Part shown: piece by piece, positions 48,250 to 58,027 of the stretch | How the letters are laid out: every line of letters starts with the position of its first letter | How positions within the stretch are numbered: the first letter of the stretch is position 1 | Origin: an uncultured virus (IMG/VR IMGVR_UViG_3300021087_000002) | Lineage: Duplodnaviria; Heunggongvirae; Uroviricota; Caudoviricetes | Virus record (IMG/VR): IMGVR_UViG_3300021087_000002 | Reading direction: 5' to 3' (one strand) | DNA length: 64,000 nucleotides | Notes under the pieces: generated by a model | Database searches by the model: none | Seen by the model: the letters and a program-made list of their open reading frames with translations, nothing else | What the model was told of the DNA's origin: nothing | Made by a program: the position numbers and the translations under genes

Positions 48250-48941
48250 GTCGGAAGCAGACTACCAAGAGCATGATCCTACGTTTGGATAACATGTCAG
48301 AATTTGAACCTATTACCGACAATCAAGCACTAGCATGTGAAGCATGGGAAGAAGGAGACAATCTTGTTTTATCAGGATCAGCAGGAACAGGTAAGACTTT
48401 TCTTGCTATCTCTTTAGGACTTGAAGAAGTTCTTGACAAAGAGACAGAATATGATAAACTAACAGTTATAAGATCTATTGTTCCAACAAGGGACATTGGG
48501 TTTTTGCCAGGAAATGAAGACGAAAAGAAACAAGCGTATGCATCACCCTATATGGGTATCCTAACTGAGTTGTTCCAAGACAATCAGGCATGGATGAAGC
48601 TACAGGCTTCTAACAGCATAGCGTTTGAAAGTACGTCATTCATTCGTGGTATTACATTAAATGACACGATTATTGTCGTTGACGAAATGCAGAACTTGAC
48701 CTTTCACGAGTTGGATTCGGTTATCACTCGTATTGGCAACAACTGTAAGATTATCTTCTGCGGAGATTTCCATCAGTCGGATTTCCGCTTTGAAGACGAG
48801 AAGAATGGACTGCCACCTTTTTTGAATATTCTTGAGCAGATGAGAGACTTCACGACTGTAAATTTTGATTGGAAAGACATTGTACGATCAGGTATTGTAC
48901 GAGACTATATAATGACTAAGGAAATGAATGGAATAAGGTAA
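48246..48941 (+). CDS. phoH: PhoH-like ATPase
   Basis: GSAGTGKTF, RDIGFLPG, FIRGITL, VDEMQN, CGDFHQSD. Confidence 0.93.
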   Translation: MSRKQTTKSMILRLDNMSEFEPITDNQALACEAWEEGDNLVLSGSAGTGKTFLAISLGLEEVLDKETEYDKLTVIRSIVPTRDIGFLPGNEDEKKQAYASPYMGILTELFQDNQAWMKLQASNSIAFESTSFIRGITLNDTIIVVDEMQNLTFHELDSVITRIGNNCKIIFCGDFHQSDFRFEDEKNGLPPFLNILEQMRDFTTVNFDWKDIVRSGIVRDYIMTKEMNGIR

Positions 48942-49099
48942 TGGCTAAATTTGCTAGGTACGATCCAAGAAACAAGAAGATGAATAGGAATAAGACGAAA
49001 GCAATCAATAAAGATTTCCGTATTAAACCTATTGAGAAGAAAGTGAAAGATATAAAGAATGAGGAAGTTCAATCACACTCCACTGGACTTAGGGTATGA
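48941..49099 (+). CDS. Small basic protein (52 aa), not in ORF track
   Basis: MAKFARYDPRNKK...; TAATG coupling. Confidence 0.55.
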   Translation: MAKFARYDPRNKKMNRNKTKAINKDFRIKPIEKKVKDIKNEEVQSHSTGLRV

Positions 49100-49745
49100 A
49101 GATTTACTTGCTGAAACCGCATCAACTGGTAGAACGTATGTATGTCCAGAAGGTAATAGATATCCTAGTATCACCACTGTGCTATCAATACTCAGTCGGG
49201 ACTCAATCGCAAAATGGCGAAAAAAAGTAGGTGAAGAGGAAGCTAATAGGGTTTCACATCGTGCTTCTACAAGAGGTACGGCAGTTCACGACATTGTTGA
49301 AAAGTATTTAGATAATGAAAACATAGATCCAACTAAATATACATTAGATGTAATACAAAGTTGGATGAACCTTATGCCCATCTTAGATGAGCGTATTGGC
49401 GACATCTTTATTCAAGAAGCTCCACTCTACTCCAAACATCTTGGTGTGGCAGGTAGAGTTGACTGCGTTGGATACTTTGATGGTGTGCCTAGTATAATTG
49501 ATTTTAAAACGAGTAAAAGACCGAAGAAACGTGAATGGGTAACAAGTTATTTTGCACAAGAAGCCGCATATGCAATTATGTGGGAAGAAAGAACTGGAAT
49601 GCCTATCACAAACCTTGTAACAATAATGGATGTAGATGGACATGAACCTGTCGTATATAAAGAACACCGTGATACTTGGGTCCCCAAGTTACTTGAGACA
49701 ATTGATCTCTACTGGAATGACAAAAAGAAAAACACTCTCAATTAA
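49059..49745 (+). CDS. PD-(D/E)XK exonuclease
   Basis: YPSITTVL, RGTAVH, AGRVDC, IIDFKTS, QEAAYA. Confidence 0.88.
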   Translation: MRKFNHTPLDLGYEDLLAETASTGRTYVCPEGNRYPSITTVLSILSRDSIAKWRKKVGEEEANRVSHRASTRGTAVHDIVEKYLDNENIDPTKYTLDVIQSWMNLMPILDERIGDIFIQEAPLYSKHLGVAGRVDCVGYFDGVPSIIDFKTSKRPKKREWVTSYFAQEAAYAIMWEERTGMPITNLVTIMDVDGHEPVVYKEHRDTWVPKLLETIDLYWNDKKKNTLN

Positions 49746-49841
49746 ACAATGGGAACGTAAACGGAATGGGAAGATGAACCTTGTATGGATGCTTGGTTCA
49801 TTCTACTGTTTAAACAACTGGACTGATTGGAAACTAGGAAA

Positions 49842-50066
49842 ATGAATATCTTCTCCATCTTAAACCTACGTACTGAATTTGATGAAGTTATGCGTAAGTC
49901 TAATAAGTCATGTAAAAGTGATATAGATAGTTTAAGAGCTTTTGTAAAGCAATGTACTAGACCGTCTAAGGCATGTGTATTGGCTAAAGCTATTATAGGA
50001 GAAATCAATGGAACAGAAACCAAATTCGTTCGGGGTGACACCAAAGGTACTATGCGCAGACTCTGA
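49842..50066 (+). CDS. Hypothetical protein
   Basis: ORF on the coding strand. Confidence 0.45.
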   Translation: MNIFSILNLRTEFDEVMRKSNKSCKSDIDSLRAFVKQCTRPSKACVLAKAIIGEINGTETKFVRGDTKGTMRRL

Positions 50067-50373
50067 CCTTAATAAGGCAGACAGTAATAACGATGGTGTT
50101 ATCACAGACGCAGAAATAGCTCGTCAAGAGAGAATGATTCGTCTCGAAAACGAAGATAAAAAAGAAGATGCCCAACGACAAATGGCTTGGTTTTGTCTTG
50201 TGGGAATGCTTGGATATCCGTTTGCAGTTATCCTAGCCGTTGTGTTTGGAGTAGACAGTGCCGCTAAAATCCTAGGAGATATGGCGGGCGTATATTTCAT
50301 TGCGGTTGCAGGAATAATTGCGGCATTCTTTGGTGCCGCCGCTATCAAGTCTAACGCCGCCGCCAAGAAGTAA
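50008..50373 (+). CDS. Two-TM membrane protein with an EF-hand loop
   Basis: DSNNDGVITDAE canonical 12-residue loop; two TMs; SD aggag. Confidence 0.7.
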   Translation: MEQKPNSFGVTPKVLCADSDLNKADSNNDGVITDAEIARQERMIRLENEDKKEDAQRQMAWFCLVGMLGYPFAVILAVVFGVDSAAKILGDMAGVYFIAVAGIIAAFFGAAAIKSNAAAKK

Positions 50374-50388
50374 TTATGAAAGTTTGTT

Positions 50389-51174
50389 ATGAAAAGATTA
50401 ATCTATCAAGTGTATGTTGGGGCAAGATCTAACTTATACGATTGGTGTACTGAAAGTGTAAAGGCATATGCAGAAAGCATTAATGCCGATTATATCTTAC
50501 AGACAATGCCCAAACTGTTTATCAAACCAGATCCCTTTACTACTAATCGTAGTGAGGGTGCTTCTCGTTTAGGATACCTTCCTATCTTTGAGAAAGAGAA
50601 TGCCTTTGAGTATTTCCCTGAGTATGATCAGATAGCTATCATTGACAGTGACATCTACATTCGTGAGAACTCTCCCAATGTATTTGATGAGATAGGTGAT
50701 AACGACTTCGCAGGTGTCTATGAACGTGAGATGCCAGTCACTCCCGAATACGCTAATAAGATCCGTAACTATTCTAGAATGCAGTATAGTTCTCTTGACG
50801 GTCAGTCAGGTATGGACTTCGACTTCGATCATCCTAATGGTGGTGCGTTTATGAATATGGGCATGATGGTCATGAATAAATCGTTCTCAAAACAATTAAA
50901 TGGTATGTCACCCAAAGAGTGGATCACCCAACCTATGTTTAAAGCATTCGTTGATGGTAAGGGTACGTGGAAGTGGTCAACAGATCAGACACTGCTTAAC
51001 ACATTTATTAACATGAATAAGATCAGTGTAAAACATCTTGACTATAAGTTCAATGCATTGTATACTGCAATTCCTAATGACTATTTGAAAGAAGCACATT
51101 TTATCCACTTCTTCCTTAAGGATAAGCTTCCTAACAGAGGTGAGAATGTAGAGGAGCTAAAGCAAATTGTCTAA
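50389..51174 (+). CDS. GT-A glycosyltransferase
   Basis: IIDSDIYI, FMNMGMMV, DQTLLN, IHFF. Confidence 0.8.
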   Translation: MKRLIYQVYVGARSNLYDWCTESVKAYAESINADYILQTMPKLFIKPDPFTTNRSEGASRLGYLPIFEKENAFEYFPEYDQIAIIDSDIYIRENSPNVFDEIGDNDFAGVYEREMPVTPEYANKIRNYSRMQYSSLDGQSGMDFDFDHPNGGAFMNMGMMVMNKSFSKQLNGMSPKEWITQPMFKAFVDGKGTWKWSTDQTLLNTFINMNKISVKHLDYKFNALYTAIPNDYLKEAHFIHFFLKDKLPNRGENVEELKQIV

Positions 51175-51961
51175 TCTAATATATCAATACTATCAAGGGA
51201 ATGTAACTACTGGCATATGGGCAGGGGTTAAACTCATGAAAGCCTATGCTGAAAGAATTGGTGCTGAGTACATTTTTGATAACAATCCAAATTGGATACA
51301 CACCACACTATCTCCATACTATGGCGCATTTCGTCCAGTGATTGATCCTGAGTTTAATAAGTATGACAATATCCTATTTGCAGATTGTGATATCATTCCT
51401 ATTGATGGCCTTACTGATAACATCTTTGATGAGATGGATGATCACGATCTATTGCTTGCCGAAGAATGGAACCAACCAGAAGCAAGAGCCAAATATAATG
51501 TTGGTGGTATTACTGGTGCTAGAGATGATGAGTGGGCAGAATGGGCTAAACAGACATATGGGGTGACTGTGCCAAGAACTGAAAGTGGTAGGGTAAGAGT
51601 ATTTAATTCTGGCGTTGTCTTGTACTCCAAAGAGGGACGAAAGAAGTTTCGTGACCTTGTTGGTGACTTTCCTCTGTCTGTTGCACTTTACATAAGTGGA
51701 GCCAATAGATTTCCTAAATTCTATACACTTGATCAGAACTACTTAAATATAATGATGTGTGGTGTCAATTGGGGATTGTTAGACTATAAGTGGAATAGTT
51801 CAGTAAGCTATGTGCCACAAACACAAGATCCAAGACCTGTACTTGATTTAAGAACAAAAGATACTAAGTTTGTTCACGTACAAATAAGAGGTAAAGGAGA
51901 CTTTCCTATATGGAAGATGCAGAAGATTGCTGATAAACCTGTGGAAGAATGGAAGCTATGA
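51167..51961 (+). CDS. GT-A glycosyltransferase
   Basis: FADCDII, FNSGVV, DQNYLN, FVHV. Confidence 0.8.
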   Translation: MSNLIYQYYQGNVTTGIWAGVKLMKAYAERIGAEYIFDNNPNWIHTTLSPYYGAFRPVIDPEFNKYDNILFADCDIIPIDGLTDNIFDEMDDHDLLLAEEWNQPEARAKYNVGGITGARDDEWAEWAKQTYGVTVPRTESGRVRVFNSGVVLYSKEGRKKFRDLVGDFPLSVALYISGANRFPKFYTLDQNYLNIMMCGVNWGLLDYKWNSSVSYVPQTQDPRPVLDLRTKDTKFVHVQIRGKGDFPIWKMQKIADKPVEEWKL

Positions 51962-51977
51962 CGAAAAAGGAACTAAT

Positions 51978-52547
51978 ATGATTAATGTTGAACTAGGCCA
52001 TGTAAAGAATTTGGTAGAATTTTATGATGAGATCCGTAGTGGTCAAGAGGGAGAACATGGAGATGATTATTGTGGTCAACATGATGCTATCAAGTTCTAT
52101 GCTAAAGATTGTGACAGTTATAGAGAACTAGGAACACACCAAGGTGGCACATTAGCCAATGCACTTCTCAGTGGTTTTGATTATGTAGAAGGTGTTGACA
52201 TTGATATGCATCGTTATCGCAAATTCTGTCAACCCCATGCAGAACACTATGCACGAGAGAATGGCATTCAGTTAGTTATTAAAGAAGTTGATAGTGCAGG
52301 TTTGGGTGCTGTGGGTAGACAAGTAGATATGCTGTTGATCGATAGTATTCACAAAGCCTACCATATGACAAAAGAATTAGACCTACATGCTCCTCTTGCT
52401 AGGAAGTATATTGTAGCACACGACACAAACACAGTTCCAGAACTACAAGCTTGTCTTGAGAGGTTCTGCCAAAAGAACTCCGAGTGGAGCATCATTGAAC
52501 GTGGAGTTGTTAATGTTGGCTTTACGGTGTTACAGAAGAATGCCTAA
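51978..52547 (+). CDS. Class I SAM-dependent methyltransferase-like
   Basis: ELGTHQGG, GVDID, DMLLIDSIH, VAHDT. Confidence 0.75.
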   Translation: MINVELGHVKNLVEFYDEIRSGQEGEHGDDYCGQHDAIKFYAKDCDSYRELGTHQGGTLANALLSGFDYVEGVDIDMHRYRKFCQPHAEHYARENGIQLVIKEVDSAGLGAVGRQVDMLLIDSIHKAYHMTKELDLHAPLARKYIVAHDTNTVPELQACLERFCQKNSEWSIIERGVVNVGFTVLQKNA

Positions 52548-53214
52548 TATAATATTACAACACTTCGATGGAGAGCTACGTGAACTAGATCTTCTATCTA
52601 TGACAAACATTCAAAATTATGCAAAAGATGTTGGTGCAGACTATCAACTTGTCAAAGGCATGCCATTCCGTGATCATCTAACAGCACCTTGTCAGAAGGT
52701 GTTCATGATCGACGAACAGTATGATGATTATGATGATGTTCTAATGTTAGACATTGACATGTTTGTACCAAAGAATATGAATAAGAACATATTTGATGAA
52801 GTGGGTGTTGGTTTATACAATCCTATTCAACAGAATTTACATGCCAAGTTGGTGAGACAACACTCTTTCCAAGGATCCATGGAAGCTCCTTATTGGGGTG
52901 GTGCTATCTACAAGATGGATAGAGCATTACGTCAAAAGCTGAGATCTGGATTAGGTGGTAATGAGAATTGGATGAATGCGTACAATCAACCATATCAGTG
53001 GGAAGACGAAGGCATCTTTCATACACTTGCTTTTAGAACAGGTGTTAAGATATCCGATGATCAGTTCTTACATCCAAAGTGGTGCTATGACAACTATCTA
53101 GAATATCCACAATACGCTGGAATGATCCATGTGCGTACAAAGATTACACCCACAGGACCTAAGCAAGAGAAGATCAAAAACTATAGAGCATTAGTGGAAA
53201 GGGGTATTTTATAA
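52540..53214 (+). CDS. GT-A glycosyltransferase-like
   Basis: YA..VGADY, MLDIDMF, EDEG; resembles 50389 and 51167. Confidence 0.7.
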   Translation: MPNIILQHFDGELRELDLLSMTNIQNYAKDVGADYQLVKGMPFRDHLTAPCQKVFMIDEQYDDYDDVLMLDIDMFVPKNMNKNIFDEVGVGLYNPIQQNLHAKLVRQHSFQGSMEAPYWGGAIYKMDRALRQKLRSGLGGNENWMNAYNQPYQWEDEGIFHTLAFRTGVKISDDQFLHPKWCYDNYLEYPQYAGMIHVRTKITPTGPKQEKIKNYRALVERGIL

Positions 53215-53909
53215 TGGAAGCCCTTGTTATTACCATAAAGGGTAATGAATTAAGTGAAACTGCCGCCGCTAACTGTATTGCATCTTCAGCTAAGTTGGAT
53301 AATAAATTTAGAGTAAAGACCTTTGAAGCTACCACACCAGAAGATGTTGAAGAGTGGGTTAAGGCATACAAGCTTACATGGAATTGGCCTTGGGATGGTG
53401 AGATCCATGACATGGCCTCTGGACTTAGGAAGGTGGCATATCAAACGGCTAACCGACATGCTCGTGTGGCATGTTCAATGAGTCATTTTAGATTATGGGA
53501 TAGATGTTCTAGAAACAAATCGCCTATGCTTATACTAGAGCATGATGCAATATTTACAGACAAGATTAACGTTAAGACCTACCTAAACAAGGGATTTAAT
53601 ATCATAGGTATTAATTCTCCACTAGGAGCAACACGTAAGTCACAACAATTCCATGATATAATACAGAACAGAAAAGAAGTTATACAACCAGTTCCCCATA
53701 TAGATGGTTGGGGTGTGCCTCAAGGTATCGCTGGAAACAGTGCATATATACTAACACCAGATGGGGCTGATGATTTGCTGAGAGCATCCTATCAGTATGG
53801 TCTGTGGCCTAATGATGCTATAATGTGTAGACAGATGATAAAGCATATAGGTGTGACTAAGAAGTATTACACTACAATTCAACGTACTAGGAGTACGACT
53901 ACGTTATGA
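53214..53909 (+). CDS. GT25-family glycosyltransferase
   Basis: ACSMSHFRLW, LILEHDA, AYILTP.GA. Confidence 0.8.
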   Translation: MEALVITIKGNELSETAAANCIASSAKLDNKFRVKTFEATTPEDVEEWVKAYKLTWNWPWDGEIHDMASGLRKVAYQTANRHARVACSMSHFRLWDRCSRNKSPMLILEHDAIFTDKINVKTYLNKGFNIIGINSPLGATRKSQQFHDIIQNRKEVIQPVPHIDGWGVPQGIAGNSAYILTPDGADDLLRASYQYGLWPNDAIMCRQMIKHIGVTKKYYTTIQRTRSTTTL

Positions 53910-54556
53910 GAGCATTTGTTATCACAATAAAAGATAATCCACAGAGTGTGGAGATGTCTGATCGTTGCATCAAATCATTTAAAAAGCATAATGATGATAG
54001 TATAGAAGCATTTGATGCTATAACACCAGAAACAACTGAAGTGTTTTCTTTGGCACATTACCACGGAGTTCCTGTAAAGAACTTCTTAGAGAAATACTCT
54101 AGATATGATAGATGTGTATCCGCATTCCTATCACATTTTCTTTTATGGAAGAAGTGTATTGAGCTAGACGAATCTATTATCATATTCGAACACGATGCTG
54201 TTGTTAAAGCACCCATTCCTAAGATGCCATTCAACGGACTTGTGAACATTGGAAAACCAAGCTATGGTAAATACCTCATACCTAACCTAGGTCTTGGTAA
54301 ATTGGTTTCAAAACAATACTTACCCGGAGCACATGCGTATGCTATTACACCCAAGGGTGCTGAAGCTATCATTGCCGAGACAGTATTCAATGCACAACCA
54401 ACAGACGTTTATCTTAACAATAGATTATTTCCATGGATTGAAGAGTACTACCCATGGCCTGTAGATTGTGAAGATAGTTTTACAACTATTCAGAATGAGA
54501 CAGGTTGTTTAGCCAAACATAATTATGGAAACGGAGAAGACTATGGGATTATCTAG
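53906..54556 (+). CDS. GT25-family glycosyltransferase
   Basis: FLSHFLLWKKC, IFEHDA, GAHAYAITPKGA. Confidence 0.8.
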   Translation: MRAFVITIKDNPQSVEMSDRCIKSFKKHNDDSIEAFDAITPETTEVFSLAHYHGVPVKNFLEKYSRYDRCVSAFLSHFLLWKKCIELDESIIIFEHDAVVKAPIPKMPFNGLVNIGKPSYGKYLIPNLGLGKLVSKQYLPGAHAYAITPKGAEAIIAETVFNAQPTDVYLNNRLFPWIEEYYPWPVDCEDSFTTIQNETGCLAKHNYGNGEDYGII

Positions 54557-55175
54557 TAAACAATTCAATAAACTTTATATAACAGGTTGTGATAAGAATA
54601 CAGACTGGATGCTACCTTGGTTCGAAGAGAACTTTACTCTACACAATCAAGATGCACAATTGGCTGTATATGAGTTCGATACATTCAGAGAGGATTTGGA
54701 AGGTTGGTTTAAGAAACCTGCAGCGATGATAGATGCGTCTCAGATTGCAGATCAGGTTGTTTGGATTGATACCGACTGCCACATCAAGGGCAATCTAGAT
54801 GGGATCTTTAATCACATCACACCCAATAAACTTACTATGGCTATTGATCGTCCTTGGACTACACGCCGTTCTAATCGTGGAACTTGGTATAATAGTGGTG
54901 TTGTGGGCTTTGAAGGTGTTCCACCAGTACTATCCGAATGGGCTAGATACATTCAAGATGGCTTGACAAAAGAAGTTGGTGATCAGGAAGTATTGAACTG
55001 GATGTTAGGTGGGGATCCTATTAGAGAGATTACTCACATGAATACATTGCCACCTATGTACAATTTTCTACGCCTAGATATACAAGATGAGTACCCAGGA
55101 TATGAGAGTGCTAAGGTTGTGCACTGGACAGGTGGTAAGGGTAAAGAAGTAATTAAAGAGATGATGAATGTCTGA
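54543..55175 (+). CDS. GT-A glycosyltransferase
   Basis: WIDTDC, YNSGVV, GDQEVLN, HWTG. Confidence 0.78.
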   Translation: MGLSSKQFNKLYITGCDKNTDWMLPWFEENFTLHNQDAQLAVYEFDTFREDLEGWFKKPAAMIDASQIADQVVWIDTDCHIKGNLDGIFNHITPNKLTMAIDRPWTTRRSNRGTWYNSGVVGFEGVPPVLSEWARYIQDGLTKEVGDQEVLNWMLGGDPIREITHMNTLPPMYNFLRLDIQDEYPGYESAKVVHWTGGKGKEVIKEMMNV

Positions 55176-55767
55176 AGATATTGTTAATGTTATTGGTAAT
55201 GGTCAGTCCGCTGGATATTTCAAGGAAGATCAAAAGGGCATTCGCCTAACGTGTAATCTACCACCATTTGAAGTGAAGAATGTATTTGCAACTATTATGG
55301 TTGACTTCAAGATGATGAGAGCAATCCAAGAAGGAAGTGTAACAGTTCCTGGTCATTGGATACTTGGTAACAGACCTAAGATCCACATGGAACAAAACTC
55401 TAGCTTTTACATGAAGCATGCCTCACAGATACGAGGCTTCTATCTAGAAGTACCACCATATGCACGTAATGCCACAGATTTTAATTGTGGACATGTAGCA
55501 ACTCACTATGGTGTGAGTAGATGGAAACCAAAAGTATGTAACATGTTTGGATTTAACTCTATCTTTGACTTTGACATGACAAGTGCTACAGACTTCTATC
55601 TCGAATCAGATCGTGGTGATATAAACAATAATAGATTAGCAAACAATTGGAGAGGTATTTGGCCTCAGTTGTTTAATGAATTTCCAGATACAGAATTTAG
55701 GCTACACCACAAGCATGCTAATGCTAAAATGCAGTGTCCCAAAAATGTCACTATTATTACTCCTTGA
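55168..55767 (+). CDS. Glycan-related Rossmann-like protein (GT29/MptE-like)
   Basis: VIGNGQS, TCN, NCGHVA, MFGF. Confidence 0.5.
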   Translation: MSEDIVNVIGNGQSAGYFKEDQKGIRLTCNLPPFEVKNVFATIMVDFKMMRAIQEGSVTVPGHWILGNRPKIHMEQNSSFYMKHASQIRGFYLEVPPYARNATDFNCGHVATHYGVSRWKPKVCNMFGFNSIFDFDMTSATDFYLESDRGDINNNRLANNWRGIWPQLFNEFPDTEFRLHHKHANAKMQCPKNVTIITP

Positions 55768-55799
55768 CATCAATTAGAACGTTTGTTATTATATAAATA
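55764..55799 (+). promoter_or_regulatory. sigma70 promoter overlapping a late TATAAATA
   Basis: TTGACA-17-TATTAT; TATAAATA at 55792-55799. Confidence 0.7.
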
Positions 55800-55865
55800 A
55801 TAAAGCGACTAAAGAAGGATCATTAACTATGACCGATTCAGACCAATCCTTCGATAACAAGAAGG

Positions 55866-56189
55866 ATGACCCTCACGATGACTGGTCAAAACACCCAATC
55901 CCCCAACCTAGATAGCATATACAAAAAGTACTCAGATGTAACCGACAGGAACGACAACATGTTAATCCCTTGGTATCTGATGGCATGTTATGCATACTAC
56001 GTTGACGATGAGCCAATACTTGAAGATGTTATCTTTGATAGGCTAACTAAGAAACTACTTAAAGTGTTCGATGACGTTGAGCACATGCATAAACATTATA
56101 TAACAAAGGATATGCTAGAAGCAGGAACATACCTAGGAGAATATCCGTCTAGAATAAAGTATGTTGTAGAAGATATTAAAACAACATAA
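55866..56189 (+). CDS. Standalone NAD-dependent DNA ligase subdomain Ia-like protein (start uncertain)
   Basis: YAYYVDDEPILEDVIFDRL resembles LigA Ia YYxxDxPxxxDxxYD. Confidence 0.6.
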   Translation: MTLTMTGQNTQSPNLDSIYKKYSDVTDRNDNMLIPWYLMACYAYYVDDEPILEDVIFDRLTKKLLKVFDDVEHMHKHYITKDMLEAGTYLGEYPSRIKYVVEDIKTT

Positions 56190-56193
56190 ACAC

Positions 56194-56222
56194 TTGACAA
56201 CCCCTCAGACAAATGCTAATAT
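56194..56222 (+). promoter_or_regulatory. Early promoter
   Basis: TTGACA-17-TAATAT with TG extension. Confidence 0.7.
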
Positions 56223-56244
56223 GAGGGGTAAATTGGAGAATCAA

Positions 56245-56403
56245 ATGGCATACCCGAATCACTTAATCGACTACGAAGCAGATCCAGAGCAATTACTAAA
56301 ACTTAAAAAAGCTCTTTCTGAAGCGAAACTTGATTATATGATTACAAACCGTGATGGAGCCTTGGTGCAACTGAACGTATGGGTAGGCAAGATTAATGAT
56401 TAA
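56245..56403 (+). CDS. Small hypothetical protein
   Basis: SD ggag before ATG 56245. Confidence 0.6.
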   Translation: MAYPNHLIDYEADPEQLLKLKKALSEAKLDYMITNRDGALVQLNVWVGKIND

Positions 56404-56413
56404 GGAGAATAAT

Positions 56414-56908
56414 ATGAATGATGATAAATTAGGCTACTTGGCTATTGGTGCCGCCGCTATACTAATTGCTTTTACTGCGACAAGTGCAAAGGCAAACAAT
56501 GCAACGCCAATTAACGGTACTATTCAAGATTATTATAAAGTTGTACAAGACAGTGAACCATACACAAAGAAAGAGTGTGTGAATGTAAACGTTCCAGTAT
56601 ATGGTAATGTTACACAAGAAGGAGATGCCGCAGGTGGAGCCTTGCTTGGTATGATCCTTGGTGGTCTTGTTGGTAAAGGTGTTACAGGTGACGATAAAGG
56701 TGCCGCCGCAGGAGCTATCTTTGGTGGTCTTGTTGGTGCCGATAAAGGTGCTAAACCAAAATCTGGACAGGTTGTCACAGGATACCGAACTGAGAACCGT
56801 TGCGATTACGTAACTTATTATCGTACCATTGAGCGTACTGAGTATGATTACTCAATCATTAATTGGAAAATTGACGGTGTTACTTACACAACTGAATTTG
56901 TAAAATAA
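56414..56908 (+). CDS. Secreted glycine-zipper 2TM protein
   Basis: Signal peptide; GALLGMILGGLVG, GAIFGGLVGA; SD aaggag. Confidence 0.8.
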   Translation: MNDDKLGYLAIGAAAILIAFTATSAKANNATPINGTIQDYYKVVQDSEPYTKKECVNVNVPVYGNVTQEGDAAGGALLGMILGGLVGKGVTGDDKGAAAGAIFGGLVGADKGAKPKSGQVVTGYRTENRCDYVTYYRTIERTEYDYSIINWKIDGVTYTTEFVK

Positions 56909-57540
56909 TGAGCGTCACGGAGTATACAGTAGCTCCGATAACCATACAGGAAGCCACACCATTTGTAGAGAATTGGCACTACTCCAAGAATACAAATGGT
57001 TTGGCTACACGATATTGTTTTGGACTGTTTAGAGGATCCGAAATGATTGGTTGTATGATTTACGCCTACTTAGGTATGGCGAGTGTTTGGAAGAAGTATG
57101 GTGAAGTAGAGACAGACGTAGTAGAACTAAGGAGACTATGCTGTATTGACGATACTCCCAAGAACACTGAAAGCTACTTTATAGCGAAAACTATTAAGTG
57201 GTTGAAGGCAGAGACTGATTGTAAAGTAGTAGTGAGTTATGCAGATACCATGCAAGGTCACGTTGGAACTATATACCATGCATCTAACTTCTATCATCTA
57301 GGCATGACAGCCAAGGGTAGATCGATAAAGATTAAAGGTAATAATCGTCTCTATCATGAGAAGACTATTAGGACATACTATCAACCTGTGAACGGAGAAA
57401 GACGTTTGAAACCATATGCTCAGAAGATCAAAGAGCAGTTGGAGAATGGTGAAGCAGAGTATGTCCATAGTGAAGGTAAACACATATTCGTCTATCCTTT
57501 GAATAAAAAAGAGAGACGAAAGTATAGGAAGTTAATATGA
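56908..57540 (+). CDS. Mom-like GNAT adenine-modification enzyme
   Basis: WHYSK, VELRRLC, PKNTESYFI, VVSYAD...GHVGTIYHASNF. Confidence 0.8.
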   Translation: MSVTEYTVAPITIQEATPFVENWHYSKNTNGLATRYCFGLFRGSEMIGCMIYAYLGMASVWKKYGEVETDVVELRRLCCIDDTPKNTESYFIAKTIKWLKAETDCKVVVSYADTMQGHVGTIYHASNFYHLGMTAKGRSIKIKGNNRLYHEKTIRTYYQPVNGERRLKPYAQKIKEQLENGEAEYVHSEGKHIFVYPLNKKERRKYRKLI

Positions 57541-57827
57541 CAAGTTTTATTATGGATTGGTGGAATTTAGTGATGGATCATGAAAGAAATCCATTGTCTA
57601 ACATCAAAGATTTGAGAGTACGTCATCTCGTTATGCAAATACTTGCATGGATGTGGTGTATCGTATTCACGGCAATGACAGGTACATGGATGTACTTGGG
57701 TATCAATATTCTGTTTCACGCATTGCTATTGTGTGGGATCTTTATAACAGTATCGGTGTTCGAAGCCGCTAAACGTAAACCGCAGATCTTTTATACACTG
57801 CGTGGTGAAGGTGGAGAACACGACTAG
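57537..57827 (+). CDS. Small two-TM membrane protein
   Basis: NPLSNI.DLRVRHLVMQILAWMWC. Confidence 0.75.
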   Translation: MTSFIMDWWNLVMDHERNPLSNIKDLRVRHLVMQILAWMWCIVFTAMTGTWMYLGINILFHALLLCGIFITVSVFEAAKRKPQIFYTLRGEGGEHD

Positions 57828-57870
57828 GACGTTCTGGGTAGCACCAGATAATATGGGTTAGCAAATCCCA

Positions 57871-58019
57871 TATGATGAGAAGTGATGTTGCAGTCACAAC
57901 AAAAGGCTCGATGGAAGTATCTCGGCACGAGTTTGCCGTTAGCGAGATAGAGCGGAGTTATACCAAAGGATATTAAACGTACTACAATATCTGACGTTGA
58001 GAACTCTTCTCGCATACCA
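57871..58019 (+). ncRNA. Putative structured ncRNA ending in CCA (unknown family)
   Basis: Terminal stem TATGATGAGAAG / CTTCTCGCATA then CCA; internal hairpins; GC-richer intergenic DNA 8 nt before a tRNA. Confidence 0.55.
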
Positions 58020-58027
58020 CAGATTTA

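Noticed and set aside
49059..49745. Cas4/CRISPR association
   Set aside because: No Fe-S cysteine cluster, and no repeat-spacer array was seen in the window; typical T4-like exonuclease
57824..58015. Minus-strand 63-aa ORF
   Set aside because: Against the uniform gene orientation; the region is better explained as structured RNA
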